Program-made: the position numbers and the translations under genes
Shown here: piece by piece, positions 42,501 to 48,400 of the stretch
How the letters are laid out: each line of letters opens with the position of its first letter
Numbering within the stretch: position 1 is the stretch's first letter
Notes under the pieces: generated by a model
The model's database searches: none
The model's input: only the letters and a program-made list of their open reading frames with translations
Told to the model about the DNA's origin: nothing
Virus record (IMG/VR): IMGVR_UViG_3300027779_002128
Coordinates: 11,632 to 75,631 of that record
DNA from: a virus
Length of the DNA: 64,000 bases
Strand: one strand, 5' to 3'

Positions 42501-43070
42501 AAAGTCACCTGCTTTAAAAGTTCTTGTTGATGCAAATCTTATAAAACCTTCTCTGTTTACTTCACCGTATGTGAAATCAGTAACTGCTACTGCATTTACT
42601 TTTATAATAATGTCGTATCCGCTAACTGTTGATGTCATTGTATTTGGGTAGCAACCTATCCAAAATTCGTCTGTTACAAGATCAACATTAACTTGAGTAT
42701 AATCGTATGTTGTAATAATTCTTTGTTGCGTAGGATTATCAACAGTTTTCCATGCGTTGTGATATTCAGGAGCGTCTTTATCTAGTTTGTAATAATAATA
42801 TCCCTTGATACTTGATGCACTAGTTGTTGTTGCAGATTGATTATATTCTGCTGTTAGTGAACCGTCGTATGTACCGTGGTAGTAAGTTGTGCCTAAAACC
42901 AGTCCGTTTGGCATATAAAAGTTTTGGCCAAAGAACACATGCAGATGTGAGGTACCGTTACCTCCATCATGTGTATTTGATTTAGCTTCTGTGGCATATA
43001 ACGGGTAATGTCCGTCGATTGCAAACGGTCCTGCTGTGTTACCTGCCCCAACGAAATTTACAGTTGCCAT
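21507..43070 (-). CDS. Giant (7187 aa) virion/baseplate-associated structural protein with YHYH-like, CBM-like and PA14-like domains and GxGY-AP repeats
   Basis: Uninterrupted 21.5-kb ORF with SD AGGAGG at 43080-43085. Motifs NTHPWEMLGF, SPIVGWAFDGLPIYGPYG, DEWALRVGDFG, DPFKG, WWDTS, YMNEVKPFSAKIRE. Confidence 0.8.
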   Translation of the reverse strand: MATVNFVGAGNTAGPFAIDGHYPLYATEAKSNTHDGGNGTSHLHVFFGQNFYMPNGLVLGTTYYHGTYDGSLTAEYNQSATTTSASSIKGYYYYKLDKDAPEYHNAWKTVDNPTQQRIITTYDYTQVNVDLVTDEFWIGCYPNTMTSTVSGYDIIIKVNAVAVTDFTYGEVNREGFIRFASTRTFKAGDFIEISAYSDKGLVSTTGISKYEIPLSWGHNTKNTDITYISAPEYTGQFKDHIEGQEGFTGKSLGSNNYQDGPKVAGIENNIVQTNQDILLGAFLLDDQPGNLVDALRFNANEYVKFKNRVRHEIEKYYSDKSVTGLSNEYILEQVLRNVTSFKIGKDVFSKTYILPFGDNYTKQDFIITLGTTAYTLTKYLDLDLIENSLLVYLNNKLLTVEKDYTISSYNPIEITLVTTVTAGDTLCTKLYNAERDSAQCPPTPSTMGILPLHQPIIATDTSFKTSISTLIGHDGSRQKAFGDFRDDILLEFETRIYNSAKAEFRTANSLPAYNSIDIRCGAFRTNGYTHNEFHDLLRHYFSAWNISNKLDPVVNEFYDSTDEWTWNYSSTDLPGHWRGFYEYYYDTVRPNTHPWEMLGFTEKPLWFDAQYYVYADTDVSKSTPSINYGSTNIVLWADLEQGIIRQGPRKNTTSYTVNNPYRRIGLSKVLPIDSSAKLISPYRIKTTDSSSITVDWANTTGTADSLFAFRTGSFRALDGISVSTDNNKLYVESNNLPTTTSKTTEQKTTFAFPRLTQLNDSSSWNASSQTKAGAVGVLVNGDPLMSLDSGKWWDNNKTYDTATWIYNKGQESGLGNSTITTAGVKTHYTITPEVIGLTAWATDSASPIVGWAFDGLPIYGPYGYSDASDNTSSIVRIKSGWELDTRARGTGNADETTGPGGKPTGQYIKDFKISASAGSSGYTTSYNMRLAVTPDSATPIYHYVATINADGTPAFPYHVGGGIISTDRWKGEYRSVSEQVGAVTSINVTDKGGLYTSAPSVVITGDGNNAAATAVITNKKLTSVTVTTPGSGYTYATATITGGGGVRAKVTVSVSGKDNSTFSGKTNSSATAALTSTKSTTLAKGTGLDGVWKFGDGAPVENAFKYSSTYPFALAEALLLAKPGRFATVFSDPTTLSRPAVNNTQFLSKNTNKRWKFLNTTDFKIHGDVNKTTGKMHTNIGYTQFINSWLKFQGLDTTLNFATPLRSLNVKLAHRMSGFIDKDTLSARTDQYSNSGNATSLIIPKENITTTLHSSNYKSRNFYSGVVVEQTSTGYRVRGFDKNRGYFEVIEGIKTGKSLRIEVGGDPETFSVWKQGVTYSTGNIVQYRNNFYQAPLSITSGTIFDTKLWQRLAKLPQIDSATAVQYLDSTEVIKRIPYETEYTTVQEVVDLMINLGRFQASQGFDFSQFDSDIAAVKDWAYSAKQFLFWTTGVWQIGNTIELSPLAGNVKFIAPRGFIAKINRTDREQFAILDQIGEGIDPTHCTILRENDYIEVSPPTGSQIYSLMLFTKEIEHALVFDNETNFSDVIFNDTFNQRHKRIKLKGQRTANWEGKFLSQGFIIDGEELLPNLDNMAESLGRYHEFGFIPVEKQVYQASRSLFGYTERDYLTELDIQDDEQFDFYRGMIQGKGTKESLGRIARSSAVVSGNVSIFDEWALRVGDFGDTENDQSIELKLVKTEITQDPQLITLDFPENVTNIVERVDVVDATYAYNIVPSIEISGPGIGGVQATATATLDTATSKLQKITVTNSGSGYGAIPTAKVLASNIVLSSGSSTINKTIAPISNYFDFTQTTASITIADALSSNTAQVITVTNGGSAITTANVLTAINDNLAINANVKVSLVPSEVISGSSTVTKYTAIFAGKDFYLDNADNFGTDNSNANVHYQPIQRYAVSSAMAGSTTQTTINDVAVTIDGTAVASSYFTYDSGSISSVTTTATYPSLDTTATRADGVIVYPEQNNSFTITLSTAIDTNNLEVGEDGNYKFVDLYIGNVLISNNHNSLAFGDHDNNSSTADQQYTTVNGTMFTIAANGASVTFPDVKRLPESVKSTIMNPPTTADADGKQQQIVKVIASGTVIKVIEDPTVTLATSLKTDIPGAVLNIKVTAQDGIAVRMGTKRNYAVTADDKNDDTILIDIDDSTRFIKKPTGVKENNLWPTTKLVNASGLTDPKYATIKNAGYVNKGNVTFQSFDIASLPELYSSDLIFKPTTNDLVHIAYSEDNDWNVYKLTPTDASVHYLKRNAGGKVSLLTNDSLFNYLDTNEIGTTDSGKYLDYYLSLDNANINNQVVVWTNENVVQEKQSQITDFSAPQMIQARIESIGPQVSKTITAVNPHLGKIINGVTLTPINKSDKVVATGDITSISNLDAFQLVDNVGIETQNPATLTAGGTNQVVVDPIRVESITVSSGGSGYASAPTVTLTASPTSDTASALATIIGPISTAVTIGNGGLGYAAPILIISDPENTDPDSSSPTFGLANVATATATINSDGTITAVTVTNAGAGYTTAPTITVQGDATVTALLTSTLNALVDSIVMYNRGSGYSATSVAVTVSGNATATATKTTPATSPIAKLYAAASNNATKVGIRFLSDMKDSLAFKITTPRTVSEQATYDAIKVIQNRRFKLISYNTTTGTFILQHPAFGVANVITNLKNIGYEAKVVTTFTPNGATHFTVTDTGYRRFEFEDITSGSTIGYSQNVTIRHLNKSKLTIANHCLTVGDTIRVFTNTFSGAYNIDTVIDTDNVIIKAPYIPGFSSGSIYGDGIQIKTVAPHGISPIYASSNKSIAVHFADPKAYNKTYIIDSLTPNTINIGGRWAPITGTATYYEHKIATLTGATAYDGTNSATATNVVDVTNDPKLNEIIVTYSANSNIVPPQFVRSEGAKIKIHTDALPAVTPANTYPPVGISVARQRGRDSDRYPLVTTLGFDEVNVNGSTFKIDNINSAKAVESSINRAIGLRREHVRQKDRGSEVGFVIMNNPDTTVFNGLSSKYISNYGAYINDPSLVNEISGGALVSEKSISYASAGENVIDNEFNPGPLNSGPIHGLAYTDPDTLIYYIWNAPLGKYRAYSSTQETTTPSANSNKSAVPSNHQAQTVAQYTTWEASVGFTVSSDPLENIAYWSGAIVSHNSKSYKASADITMSNNTVFEVARWAELVGNTSSTTLSGYFADATAENNANLLLNVIPTNNSVSATAPGTKRISYNMLSTVTKTLANSSTVTIPTFRLAVSELNLFEVYEAVQNDGAGSANGDVYYILVDKINPEIVDSPIDYYGTVNLWSSFGNYKRTEYYYINGITPTVDASNRITNRLDPMRVESTVSVVNLPPVEPAAFIGLQTIEEPFAVTGGNNSDPVANINAISGLKITGNTVTVSDTGHNKFFMWTPGLKPNMWKPSDGPEGPGYLPGVNGGDTVFGYGRGYYTLNDTHLPTDYPDVASYVETDKTPYSGLMPRFMYSKKFTVSPEAVAYKIEIFTDTDGNIISEEEAEILGRVPGTITLPEYVTSTNEDIGITGIRPEELFVACFWTEEHVYTNQLTSWNYSILNAAGQPTPVLSNYTGTVTRVKYIRLTELPGNAHTSRLIPDTGWAGRGWNNTIADRLPTDYNEDSILDLFRPTTVAGGSTDSDDEGVTVELGIGDQIADGEVNVGKTGQLAPGTTNAHTIPTTPLGPMLNGEFLAGLPGPCATLPELTSPANDSSSCAAELGQLEYAIIDNTNAQRRGEDIVLTKEEAADVGIDQTGSVTYTDNESFDFSAGTSAGTYADKFDTSNWQYVNVNISGNNSIRVFFDFLESSTQLEHGSVVMVQNTEPYFYATEGKAGLVDDSVINPFTGAETGVSNGGWVKNPNGANKRPTKELNWWMNARVLESTQVSGDARGTKGDQVSQYGVDFIGNTNLKRNDIVDSNLISQRQSREDWAFDASSNPGPVASESDQRVSANHINTTTGMLQFSGDTDLDSTKKSDHADNRAKWLQHDIGVSGIGFISSAVKCSLGEYVTIFIRPDSTVTRADTQTTAVLWQAIIEFTGAVVDSDLINPPTAACVEGHSTAYTQGAVKSTWQGTNSWGYFGQHKSDNERFDRNKTGYQKKVHCDNIYYPYMRLPNPYNSGAYNSMPDAKWGEWQHCHNHDKVATGPGVRELAKTTISTIQRTTLAKYSSTELKGYFKAPYTGRYLCNGYSDDGIWAWISSEYTTTSHNGKPVRMGVDDLAGVGADTRHEYFKGDGFDKSDKYNYHRDNCLLRTGWMTTDDNNQSNKPGDRYVDMEAGKYYFVRMIAGNNKGPGYFDMTWTCTTGVSNFTITSEETQAGESTQSHSVGVKQGRFTFTGRSCAVETPATTGNADTTSGNSTWVNKYAAFATDSQARRYEALADVQNCAVGNTSNWSSCQLTLWSDIGVCPSGENCPDITANGGGIDTPGVAPGYVNWSKFQLDGEWVTLPNGERIWIPYIDLSGIGLGVGNSTTPGQQHLTGFNFLPYSAKLPVKAKVLDPQNYAFTSSELDADTVVSGQAQRVSGGLIIPFAKKLTTVSRTPYVLKSSEASDEPWGKNLENSNDLNKTTKYVKYAPRKIGSTVSLGGTTVNNITSTEAGNQWKNDSANDTTEYTGPSFDEPGTNTSTDETAGGNPTGSDVETYLKTQRQELALADVDNIIYNSMPIINITPRAIDNNGNYYNGGPTAQAYLRKPTPETDIDLNDLIGIADGTELLINGRRIVKRGSTGIDIKTQVNCANMGITAEIDDATNTLALISCTSLPFTIANGCGGGTFKQVGDFHINRGFDQSTTVSETFVAPFISPTKELTKGGEGNASVSVGGGGGGSVAGPITVNDYRRLADGSLEKFYRRPGSNNADVYETPARIPLETTNRSTGGSNYMVGDRLRLIGGTPETNVLAPLSDEVCIVSAGSGYTNPANLTVIFNESISTPGVGGAATVTKLDENGGIAEVIVINQGAGYDIDNPPALTIKDTSPIPTVVEIDAAWTSNVTLTAGTVASINEIIQITDGNGKLTGDTEISSRYVRAIGEVQLGESKTWNVTSGDVSYKDPAITSTMPRVEIALAPGNTSHIRAESYVQLSYFPGTTLNDYYITVNGAVSSSTTFVLDSLNDVNGNQYVKAGQVMSWNNGGTMTIFGYVTAVNVATKTVTLDTAVTLTDEMTVYFVSPQKKLYWIPKTVEGKASVYDNKFVIEDASFLSSGIVTNLFGAGAKITVTGRKAWYADLTANGKLVDTINPTTPKNDAKLTIAVGQNVTLDANGNPKEDKRGNGPLRVAKFIVTDVNTTGAITAIRIIDRGLYKEFPTDLTMGIPLEYDYALQGALRQNTSLETLAEQVEQVTYDASRTLGYGDPTQPELTLYGPDHPEYQYAPFSSTKELALRNSENLSVNDKLILDRLVAKQNTVQGLTDLEIAQLNALIIELTNTLGYDKGFKHPDWEKYPEFVWDGAHFQPYSGTPGAYDPTTYVCVDLRSASKAAYLESPQLWAKEQFNLGKLILKTKVIERDPKKYNYGYYNPDEQAGGEGARVFLTAQEIPNCTERGNAKDLLGLPDTVSETFAPRSLSRALNNALNGAGYLPSEARSEYTPFGDSGEVTFVSDTFPGWNIDSPTPGTLEKLGIPIGDYNNGMLCITAILEADSGATEYTDEQAIADIQELYDTNDELGLLTTQQLQERYPEAADGMFTNTAILTLICAEKIAPISPPSRLDAYGTGKLGMFNKLMPNGVDPYGLNDNNSIFGDGSSSRMSELFAYDISDIFGNEVTLNGTAKQSAPVNYFASKRFNKRNVIADLEPTISNTSPTTTLMEEPKAWVDNYSNLKQAIIDNASGVTNYTNTVYTMADFVEGGWAYLENGIPTRWQTPLVDVEFINNALVYDPDTGNKINDLDFWDPFKGILPGFISNEISFISEYDPVSYNNARTNFGKNNIGKVWWDTSTIRYNWYEQGTDKERNANWGSAFPGSQVTVCEWVESKAKPVNWTGDGQPRWSNRFVTERRQDAKTGEYTMYYYYWVTNRRELDDRAKRNENRQLDIRTIAKYIADPVGYGLDMISFVSDKSMLLHNISDIREEESHLQINLSRNLNPEGISHTAWKLMREGDTDSSVPDHLTDKLIDSLCGENAEASPVPDPKLSDVEKYGIAFRPRQTMFKDVKAARRVMVSVLNRILSNIRTNSVNPGWDASLPTARAYLTTTDWFDVQRTDPVTNEAIRYTDTLKPIFNVTSVSELKGITSVKDGGVVQVKSNQNDTSQLWMYNGPTKKFKLVSVVNDTVKLPTTVYTDNTNPTLSSELRLILTALKDNVFVSTVHWNELFFEMMKHAYMEQKQLSWAFKTSYLYINKEENDLITLNGFKADNFQKVLDYMNEVKPFSAKIREYKDGKSTPIDSIGQNNISDYDRPPFVDLVTGTVRILDEGVDQDVNIMSNSRQYIDYVTATADGYTTSDPIRRANTTISFDRTNYQLTERAWDVANVSLQTSIGYNIANLSVQTKQEVSANASVRAADKLFKFDAEVQAQFIAEVNTHYNDVTAARNTTIVGNGTVMAGLVTNGKLKNTLALIKDKVGGNFRGETLDATKFSSIVDQADYMSAIQTDFGFDSDLFDENTDNDDTVFTDSRDLTNYGPVTTYGIGDTKWDNSKQIVSYEGVFDSNANPVTLRKNGESYDGFDGITFQRVAYGEERPEELALLDPLESVIFTVTTSDFSRGAAGNVSVFDGLDVANATLFHSTTSLKEDNSSVVITRGGIGYKTPTVVITDALGNLPTTTAVATASVNAAGTVTAITVSTGGAGYTEIHLALTETLTETTSSAVYVNDNKLPFVSVSNVLVGQIITIAGKDVGEVASISGTTVTVNSMLKNDVASGTVVSVRGQNFNYKLTNTIVTATAGVDPDDSDNFFAVDSTNGWDAATTVGGTGSYDTALTVVQERETTKVSPSAREVTYRMHHSLFGDVDFLRISSTATTKITKAMTISSTSITVDNASFLPNPTSIIPGSIWVGPERIQYGRRNGKVLSALTRGAFGTSTGTHPIGQPVYSAEATEHFNNLNPSSNVWLDTGTRYSSPSTWDEAVDNTPGDTTDNDWTVSGAWDKIAAGNITTADVGVTITNVTSTTATLTAIGTGVANIALQEGIRVFANANVALFEVVKVSANASSVWAITASYADTLDNTLFVENGTATLRSFVYAGQDGSDDFDSATISGQSALSLADRGNADLANATSIMKFLHKL

Positions 43071-43201
43071 TAGTACGAGCCTCCTGTTGTACTTGTACTA
43101 GTATTTATCGTTGTAGAATTCGTGGTATTTTCAGATGAAGTTAGTGTTCCATTGTAGTTTCCATGGAAGTATGTTGTGCCTAAAACCAGTCCGTTTGGCA
43201 T
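42886..43201. repeat. 29-bp exact direct repeat (42886-42914 and 43173-43201) inside a duplicated ~60-aa module
   Basis: GTTGTGCCTAAAACCAGTCCGTTTGGCAT occurs twice, 287 bp apart; both copies encode MPNGLVLGT(T). Confidence 0.9.
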
Positions 43202-45439
43202 GTAAAATGTCTTTCCGAAGAATACATGTTCATGCGTTGTGCTGTCGCCAGCCGCCTGTGCTAGTGCTTCTTTTGAGTATAAAGGATAGTAACCATTTAT
43301 AGAATATGGACCGCCTGTATTTGATGCGCCTAGTGTTACGCCTGTTGAAGTATTAGTACCGTATGGCGTATAACTAAAACTTTCAGTTTCAATAAAGTTT
43401 TCAAAAAGTATTTCGCTTTGTGCATTGTATTGTTTGTACACTAAATATGTTCCTAATTGTGGATCAACTGTTGTACTTTTACTGATGTTTGTTGAATCAG
43501 TAATTGGCACATCTTCAGCATAGCCAAATATTTTGCTACCGTTAAATGTTGAAGTAGGATATACCGCAATATCATCTAGTGCATTTCCATCACTGCTATA
43601 TAAATTGAATAACGGTGCTTGGTTGTTTACTATTTTTTCTTGACATAATTGCCATTGCAATCCTGTCCATTTAAATTCTTTGCCTAAGTATGTTTCGCCA
43701 CCTACGACAGAAACTGTTTGATTCGTTGATGCTATTAACGGCTTAAATATTGCAGACCCTTCTTTAGCGCCAGATGGGTTAGTGTCTGGGTCGCCTAGTT
43801 GTTCTAGCCTGTACTGAGAATCTATATAATAACCAGTACCACCAGTTGTCATAGTAACACCTGTTACTGCTCCACTGCTAACTGTTGCTGTCGCTGTTGC
43901 TCCAGTACCGTATGTGTCTGTTATTGTAATAACTGAACTACCAGTGTAACCTGTTCCGCCTGCTGTAACTGTTATTGCACTCATACTACTTGTTCTACCT
44001 TGGCCTGATAACGTAACACTAAATGTTGCGCCTGTACCTATGGATGCTGTTACTACCGGCTTCATTGCTACTTTAGTTAACTTGTATACATATTTTGCAA
44101 TTTCTTTTGTTTCATTGATAAAAATTAAACTGCTATAGTTTAGTTTGTTTAATCCATCTATTAATGTTGTTTTTGGTGAACCATCTAATTCTTTGTATGT
44201 AACATTATATGCCACTGCATCTATATCTGCAATAGACTTAAGAGTGCCGTGATTGTATAATTCTAAATCTTTATCAAATTCTATGACTGGTCTAGAAGCT
44301 CTAAACTTCCTGCTAGGCAAAGAGTCACTGGCGTCTAAAAAGTTATTTCTGTGATACCAAAAGTTTATTCTACTCCATACATTATTATTTAATGCATTTC
44401 TTTCTTGCACAATATAATCCATTGGTGCCCTATCTGCCACTTGTACTGTAAATTTTAATGCACTATAATTAGCATGTGCTTTAATTTCAGTAACAAGTTC
44501 AACAATGTTTCTTGGTTGAGTAGTTGCATGATTCAATGTAATAGTTGTTGTACCGTCACTTAATATTGTTGCACCGTTGTATCTGTTTAATGTACCAACG
44601 ATGATTGTTTTAATTTCTTTTTGCAATGCTGGTGCATTTGCTCCAGCAATATAAGTTAATGGAATACTAACGTCTGTTGTAATTGCATCACCTGTTTGTG
44701 CCGCTGTGTATGTTACTATATCTGTAACTGTACCAGCAATTTTCCAAACTAAGTCAATATTTTTACTTGTATACATAGTTGACGTATACCTAGCACTTAG
44801 GTTAACTATTTTTTTAGTTAATGTAATAGCTGATCCGACGCCTTGTACAACATATTCAATGTTGTGCTTTGTTGCTGGAGCTACATAGTCTCCTGAGAAT
44901 GTAACAACCATACCGTTACGGAATGCTTTACCGCTAGTAGGTGTAAATTCTTTCTTGCCAACAATATCTGTATCAACATCTATATAATTTGTTACAGTAC
45001 CGGTAACTACAATTGCAGTAGGACCGTACGGATACCAATAGTACTCTTGATAGTTTATAAACTTATCAATGTTAATTGGAGGTAAAAATGATGAGTACTT
45101 TTCTGAAAAAATCTTGTTATGGTTAAGTGTATTAACTCCGTATGTTTGCAGAGTATCTACAAGCTCGTCGTAAAAGAATAAGTTTTCACTTTTTCCTGTG
45201 GTTGTATTAATTGTATTAACTGCTGGGCTTAGTCCGTAAAACTTTTTAACTGTTGTTGGCTCAGCAAGAAACTTTCCAGCAACATTAACATCGTCACTGC
45301 TTGGAGAGCCAATATAGCCTTGTATAGAATCAACATTTGATTTACTAAATAATTGTTCTACTGTACTCTCAAAAAAGTTCTTAATAGCAGTCGTTTGGAG
45401 GACTGCTGGCAACTTTTGATACACTTTCTTTTCAGACAT
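43070..45439 (-). CDS. Virion structural protein (789 aa), probably the split-off N-terminal part of the giant protein
   Basis: LPAVLQT..FFESTVEQLF..GYIG..DKFINYQEYYW.P.GP, WSRINFWYH, RASRPVIEF, APLFNLY, FNGSKIFGY; TAATG-coupled to the giant gene. Confidence 0.75.
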   Translation of the reverse strand: MSEKKVYQKLPAVLQTTAIKNFFESTVEQLFSKSNVDSIQGYIGSPSSDDVNVAGKFLAEPTTVKKFYGLSPAVNTINTTTGKSENLFFYDELVDTLQTYGVNTLNHNKIFSEKYSSFLPPINIDKFINYQEYYWYPYGPTAIVVTGTVTNYIDVDTDIVGKKEFTPTSGKAFRNGMVVTFSGDYVAPATKHNIEYVVQGVGSAITLTKKIVNLSARYTSTMYTSKNIDLVWKIAGTVTDIVTYTAAQTGDAITTDVSIPLTYIAGANAPALQKEIKTIIVGTLNRYNGATILSDGTTTITLNHATTQPRNIVELVTEIKAHANYSALKFTVQVADRAPMDYIVQERNALNNNVWSRINFWYHRNNFLDASDSLPSRKFRASRPVIEFDKDLELYNHGTLKSIADIDAVAYNVTYKELDGSPKTTLIDGLNKLNYSSLIFINETKEIAKYVYKLTKVAMKPVVTASIGTGATFSVTLSGQGRTSSMSAITVTAGGTGYTGSSVITITDTYGTGATATATVSSGAVTGVTMTTGGTGYYIDSQYRLEQLGDPDTNPSGAKEGSAIFKPLIASTNQTVSVVGGETYLGKEFKWTGLQWQLCQEKIVNNQAPLFNLYSSDGNALDDIAVYPTSTFNGSKIFGYAEDVPITDSTNISKSTTVDPQLGTYLVYKQYNAQSEILFENFIETESFSYTPYGTNTSTGVTLGASNTGGPYSINGYYPLYSKEALAQAAGDSTTHEHVFFGKTFYMPNGLVLGTTYFHGNYNGTLTSSENTTNSTTINTSTSTTGGSY
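43102..43109 (-). promoter_or_regulatory. Internal late promoter GATAAATA for the giant gene
   Basis: Lies in the 3' end of the 789-aa ORF, 32 nt upstream of the giant ORF start and just upstream of its SD. Confidence 0.5.
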
Positions 45440-45442
45440 TTA

Positions 45443-48400
45443 CTATGATCCTAATGTTTGGTTATCTAATCTACTTACAATTTCTATATCGCTAACTGTA
45501 GCGGTGCTTATGAATAGTTCGTTTGGCTCTGCTTTAACTTGGAACATCTCGCCAAATTTTCCTGTACTAGTTTTAGGTAATATAACAATACTACCTATGT
45601 TACTACCTAGTTGCTGATGAATGTATGAGCTTAATTCAGTAAAGTAAAAAGACTCACCAAATTCCCAATTAGTTACAGCAAAATATATATTAATAGCATT
45701 AATAACCTTAGCTTTTAGTTCGTTGTCGCTAATTTGATCCGACAACTTAATTACTTTAAACTTCGCTTGGCATACTGCATCTGCAGAAGAACCAAACAAT
45801 AATTTAAACTTGGCACTACGATACACTAATGTATCACTCGCACTCTTATAAGAATCGAGAATTGCAAACTCAGATGATAATTCGTCGCTTGTAGGTTCTA
45901 GCGGGAAAGTACCAATTTGTCTTGCTTGCCATTCTAAAACGTCTGTGTAATAACTTGTAGTTAATACTACCATCTCAACAACATTACTAATACTTGGATC
46001 AATTCTAACATCACTTGGTGCTACATGGTTCCATCGTATTGTTCCTGGTGCTATAAAAGGAGCATCACTATTCTGTGTTTTACCTCTACCGTTTTTAACA
46101 AAGTAGTCAGTAGTTAAATTTAACTTAACTTGCGTTAATGATGTACTTAGCGGAGTTAATTGATATGTTTTCATATCGTCTGCTGTTGTAACAATTAAAC
46201 CTTTTGTGTTAACTAAATCTTCAAACTGTGTGGCAACTGTTTTGTTTTTAACAACTATCCACTGAGAACTGCTCAACGATACATCTTTTCTATATGATGT
46301 AGGCGATACAGTATCTCTGGCATCGTTAATTAATAATGTATCTTCACGCCTAAAATCTCTAATAACGCCTGTGTACGGCTTATCGTATTTGTATCCATCA
46401 AAGTCTGTGTAATATGAAAAGAACACATAATCTGTTGCGTCAACATATTCTAAGAACTGTATTGGTCTATCTGGTACTAAGTCGTTGTCAGTATCTAACG
46501 GAGCAACAATAACTTTTCTGTTATCAGTATAACCGTCTGATTCTTTAAAACTGTCCACTACTTCCCATTCAATAGGCTTATCTAATTTCTCTCTGCTGTT
46601 TTCGTAATGAACAACAATTTTATCTCTATAAGGCGGATTAGCAGTATCATCTCTGGAATAATGATAATCGCCATTTTGTACTCTTGCGTATTCTAGTTTA
46701 CCTACGCCTGTAACAGTATCGTATGATTTTAAATGCAATCTACCGAGGTCCGGTGTGCTGTCAACTGCTGAGCCGTCTGCTCCCCATGACTTAACTGTTT
46801 CTGTTGCTCCTGCACCTGTGCCTGCAACTCCGTTAGCAGTAACAACTTGAGCTCTTGATTTGAAAATCTTTTCTGTTCCAGCTGATCCTTCATTAGGTAC
46901 TTGTCTATAAACCATGTATGGGATAGATTCTGTAGTATCCACAAATTTTATACCGAATGTAGTATCGTTAAATGGTATATCAATTTTGCTAGGTAAACTT
47001 TGTATAGTTCCGATATTGTTTGCAATAACTACATTAGTTTCAGAAGTAATACCACCTACTTGATGGTAAGTATTTAGTGTTACTATTGCTTCGTCAACAT
47101 ATTTATTATTAACAACTTGGTCAGCAACATTTGTTCCGTAAGTTTTAAGTATACCAAAGTTACTAACCCACTGGGTGTCAACGTCAGTTGCCTTTGTATC
47201 TCTAGTTCTTAATGGTAAGTTTATTGCTAAGCCTATTGGTGTTATAGCAATACCATGTTCTGTATTGGTCCATTGCGTTCCACTCCATTCGAATGTTTCC
47301 GATGTGCCTGGCTTAGTATTTGTGCTGGTAATAATAACTGTATCTTTATTACTTTTATTATCACTGCCTAAAGTTTTTACCGATTTAACGTTGTAAAACT
47401 TAAGGTCTGCCTCACTTTGTACAACGTATTCTGCTCCACGTATCGTCATTTTATACTTATAGTTATTAATATCAATAGCACTATATTCCATTAGTATAAC
47501 CCAACTGTTTGGGCCTGCTTGTACAGAATTTAAACTATAACTGCCTGTTTTACTTGCTGTTGTAAGCTCTGTGCTAGGTATTTTATACCAAGTATCAGTT
47601 TGTAAGTTATAACCTATTCCGAATGTTTCTCTGTTCTTTATGGCTGTTTCGAAGCCAGAAGCTCCACCAATTTCTGCTGTGCTAAATAGTTTTCTCATTG
47701 AAACAATAACTTCACGCACTTCCCATGATGAGTTAACTTCTTCACTTAATGTAATTGGCCCTATGCTGGTACTTAGTCCTGCACTTAAGGCTCCACGGTT
47801 TTCTATGTTAACAATTCTTACCCACTTATAGCCTGCTAAATCAGATGGGTTAACAAATTTTAAGAAAGTGTTTTCTTTAAACATTGATGTTTTTGCTAAA
47901 GTGTTAACTAATACGTTTCTATTACCATCAGTAAATTGTTCACTGATATAACCAGTCTTACTTGTTTCTGTTAACGGTAATGCATTCCATAATACAGCAT
48001 CATGTGCCGTGTACCTAAAGTTTGCATAAGCTCCGCCTGTAGCAGTATTTGTCCAAACGTTTCTCATTTTATAATAAACAAAGTTATTAACTTTTCTATC
48101 TTTTAATGCGGCAGGGATAACACTAGCAACAACTTCTAGAGCTGTTGTGGCGTCATTAACTGTAATTTCTTGTTTATAGTTACTGTTGTTAGCATAAACA
48201 AATGCATCATCGGCAAATGTGTCAATGTTATGATATGTACCAGTTGGGTCATTTATATCAATATAACGACTATGGCCTGAATGCGTTCTGTTTATTGCTT
48301 TAATTTTTGTTACATTACTACTTTGTGTTTCTGGAAATACATTGTAGTCTTGAGCACTAACCATTCTATTCTGCGTGTAAAATGTTTTAGGAGCTCTATC

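Noticed and set aside
43070-43110. Frameshift or readthrough fusing the 789-aa and 7187-aa ORFs
   Set aside because: No slippery heptamer, a TAG in the downstream frame about 30 nt upstream of its ATG, and a strong SD indicating independent initiation.
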